Assembly (NCBI GenBank): GCA_965205505.1
Contig: CBDBHB010000009.1
Location: 96,001 to 160,000 of the forward strand
Source: Acidobacteriota bacterium
Lineage (GTDB): Bacteria; Acidobacteriota; UBA890; WLXD01
Direction: 5' to 3'
DNA length: 64,000 bases
Shown here: positions 61,846 through 64,000 of the stretch, in pieces
How the letters are laid out: each line of letters starts with the position of its first letter
Numbering within the stretch: the stretch's first letter is position 1
Made by a program: the position numbers and the translations under genes
The notes under the pieces: model-generated
What the model saw: the letters and a program-made list of their open reading frames with translations, nothing else
Database searches by the model: none
What the model was told of the DNA's origin: nothing

Positions 61846-63254
61846 GCGGCTGGTCGATGCGTTTCACTGCCGCGGCGTTTATCTGCGTCGCGTCTCAGAG
61901 CTTTCTCGCCAGCCCGGTGGGGGCGCAACAAGTCGCGGACTCAAATGAACGACTCGATGGGGTCTCGGCGAGTGGGGCCCGGAGTACGTCGGAGCGCGCC
62001 AGCGGCCAGGTGTTCAGCCTCGAGCGGCTCGAAGAGCTGGCGACGGCCAACAACCCGACGCTGGTCCAGGCGAAGGCCGGCATCGCTGCTGCCATAGGGC
62101 ACCGCGACCAGGCGGGTCGCTATCCCAACCCACAGATCGCGTACGTCGGTGAGGAGATCTCTTTCAAGCGTCCGGGCGACGGCAGCCAGCACATGCTGCT
62201 TCTCGAGCAACCGATCCTGCTCGGAGGGAAGCGTCGCTATCGCACCGAGCTGGCGGCCCGCTCGGAGGATCAGGCCCGCATCGAGGCCGAGGCCCAACTG
62301 CAGCGGGTGCTAACCGATGTGCGCTTGCTCTTCTACCGCGCGCTTGCAGCCGACGAGCTGCTGCGGCTCCGCGGTCAGCTGGCCGACATCGCCACGGAAG
62401 CGGTCGAGATCACTCGCCAGCTGGTCAACGTTGGTGCCGCCGCGAGGCCGGATCTTCTCGAATCGACTGTCGAGGCGCGCCGCGCCACCGTCGCGCTGTC
62501 ACGGGCGCGAACCCAGGTCGCGGCAGCACGGCGGCAGCTCGCGGCCGTCGTCGGACACCAGGAGGTGGAGATCGGGCAACTCGAGGGAGCCTTGGCGCAC
62601 GAGGCCCCCGAGCTTGCCTACGAAAGCGTCCTCGCCGATCTCTACAACCGCAGCCCGGAGCTGGCGTTCGCCCGTATGGAGATCCTGCGCACCGAGGCTC
62701 TGGTGCGCAGCGCGCAGGCCGAGGGCAAGGCGGACCTGTCCTTGATGGCGGGCGTTGGCTGGAACACCGACCGGTTCGAAGCCGGCCTCGAGACGCGGGG
62801 ATGGCAGGCTCAGGTGGGCATCAGCATCGAGTTGCCAGTCTCCGATCGCAACCAGGGCGAGATTGCCGCGGCGTTGGCGTTCAAGGATTTTGCTACCTCC
62901 GCGCTGCGCCGAATCGAGCTGTCACTTCGCTCTCGGGTGGCGACTGTGTTCGCCGAATATGACAACGCCCGTACCGTAGTCGAGGTGTACCAGGCCGAGA
63001 TCATTCCTGCCGCCGAGGAGGCGTATGCGTTGTACCGCAGCAGCTACGAGCGCATGGCGGCTTCGTACCCGCAGGTGCTGATCGCCCAGCGCAGCCTGTT
63101 CGAGGCACGCGCCGAGCATGTCCAGGGACTGGACGCCCTTTGGCACGCGGCGGTGACGATGCGAGGTCTTCTGTTGACCGACGGGCTTTCAGAGCCCGGA
63201 ACGATCAGCGCGCCGGCGATGACGACCCCAGCTGGTGTAGGTCACGAACAGTGA
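61842..63254 (+). CDS. TolC/CzcC-like outer membrane protein
   Basis: A.A.NP.L, YPNP, EQPI.LGGKR and LP..DRNQG.I. ATGA overlap with the oxidase. Confidence 0.9.
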   Translation: MSGWSMRFTAAAFICVASQSFLASPVGAQQVADSNERLDGVSASGARSTSERASGQVFSLERLEELATANNPTLVQAKAGIAAAIGHRDQAGRYPNPQIAYVGEEISFKRPGDGSQHMLLLEQPILLGGKRRYRTELAARSEDQARIEAEAQLQRVLTDVRLLFYRALAADELLRLRGQLADIATEAVEITRQLVNVGAAARPDLLESTVEARRATVALSRARTQVAAARRQLAAVVGHQEVEIGQLEGALAHEAPELAYESVLADLYNRSPELAFARMEILRTEALVRSAQAEGKADLSLMAGVGWNTDRFEAGLETRGWQAQVGISIELPVSDRNQGEIAAALAFKDFATSALRRIELSLRSRVATVFAEYDNARTVVEVYQAEIIPAAEEAYALYRSSYERMAASYPQVLIAQRSLFEARAEHVQGLDALWHAAVTMRGLLLTDGLSEPGTISAPAMTTPAGVGHEQ

Positions 63255-63319
63255 GGAAGGTTTGATTTCGGGGCCCCATCTCGACCCAGCAAGATGCAAC
63301 GAACCTCTGTTACACGACA

Positions 63320-64000
63320 CTAACGGGTGCCGGAGAGTGTCGCCAGCGGGTTCTCCAGCATCCAGATCTCGGCCCGGTGCCGACCGGCGGAGAACACCAG
63401 TCGGTCGTCGCGCGGGTGCAGCCGGATGTCTCGCAGATCGCGCGGCAGCTCGTCCACCAGAATGCGAGTTACTCCATCCGTACCGGCCCATCCGAGTGAA
63501 TGGCGATCGTCATCGGCGCGCACGTACAGGGCGCCGCTACCGTCGGCGGTCCAGCCGATGACGTCCACCCCCTGCGGGCTCGTACCCAGCGTGGTGATGT
63601 CGCGTCGCTCCCCCGTGGTCAGGCTGATGAACTCGAGGATCCAGCTGGCCGGCTGGTCTGCGTCGCCGCGTCGGATAGCGGCGGCCAGCACCGTGCCGTC
63701 GGGGGCGAACGAGAGGGCGCGTACATTCGCCGGCGAAGCCCCCATCATCAGCACCGTCTCCTCGCGACTATCAACGTTGCGCAGTACCAGATCGCCCTTG
63801 CCTTCTTGTAGTTGTGGGCGGTAGTAGGCCAAGAAGCGACCGTCCGGCGACAGCGCCGGAGCGGCGGCGCAACCGCAGCTCGGGCGGTCCCAGGTGACCA
63901 TCGGCTCCACCGCGGCGGTGTCGACGTCGATGGTATAGATACCCCAGCGACTGTCCGGATCGAGCGCCTCGACCACCAGGTTTCTGCCGTCCGGATGCCA
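63320..64000 (-). CDS. C-terminal TolB-like/WD40 beta-propeller part of a protein starting outside the window
   Basis: Repeated (W/L/F)(S/H/A/T)(P/A)DG blades, ending IWMLEN.L. Confidence 0.75.
   Translation of the reverse strand, partial: WHPDGRNLVVEALDPDSRWGIYTIDVDTAAVEPMVTWDRPSCGCAAAPALSPDGRFLAYYRPQLQEGKGDLVLRNVDSREETVLMMGASPANVRALSFAPDGTVLAAAIRRGDADQPASWILEFISLTTGERRDITTLGTSPQGVDVIGWTADGSGALYVRADDDRHSLGWAGTDGVTRILVDELPRDLRDIRLHPRDDRLVFSAGRHRAEIWMLENPLATLSGTR

Overview
GC-rich bacterial chromosome segment. A GWxTD-family protein and the overall gene content suggest a marine Acidobacteriota-like organism; this is inference. Positions 1-8470 are a decayed mosaic of integrative-element debris lying downstream of an intact tRNA-Ser(GGA). 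It holds a truncated AbiJ-like ORF, HNH and response-regulator remnants, a broken IS256, DNA methyltransferase and UvrD fragments, 3' fragments of tRNA-Leu and tRNA-Met (att scars), an IS3 remnant, a serine recombinase C-terminus and a truncated peptidase paralog. The rest is mostly intact. It carries carAB, an FGE/Gfo-Idh-MocA/TIM-barrel cluster, a PA-domain metallopeptidase, tmpAB-like phosphonate oxygenases, a three-gene pnt operon, a fused E1 alpha-beta dehydrogenase, addBA, a surface-glycan locus, peptidases and a copper locus. The most unusual signals are (1) an apparently circularly permuted metzincin-like PA-domain protease present in two copies, (2) a CutF-like CxxxC leader ORF ahead of a two-domain multicopper oxidase-TolC pair, and (3) several abrupt gene-fusing deletion junctions. 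Family calls come from motif recognition, not database searches.
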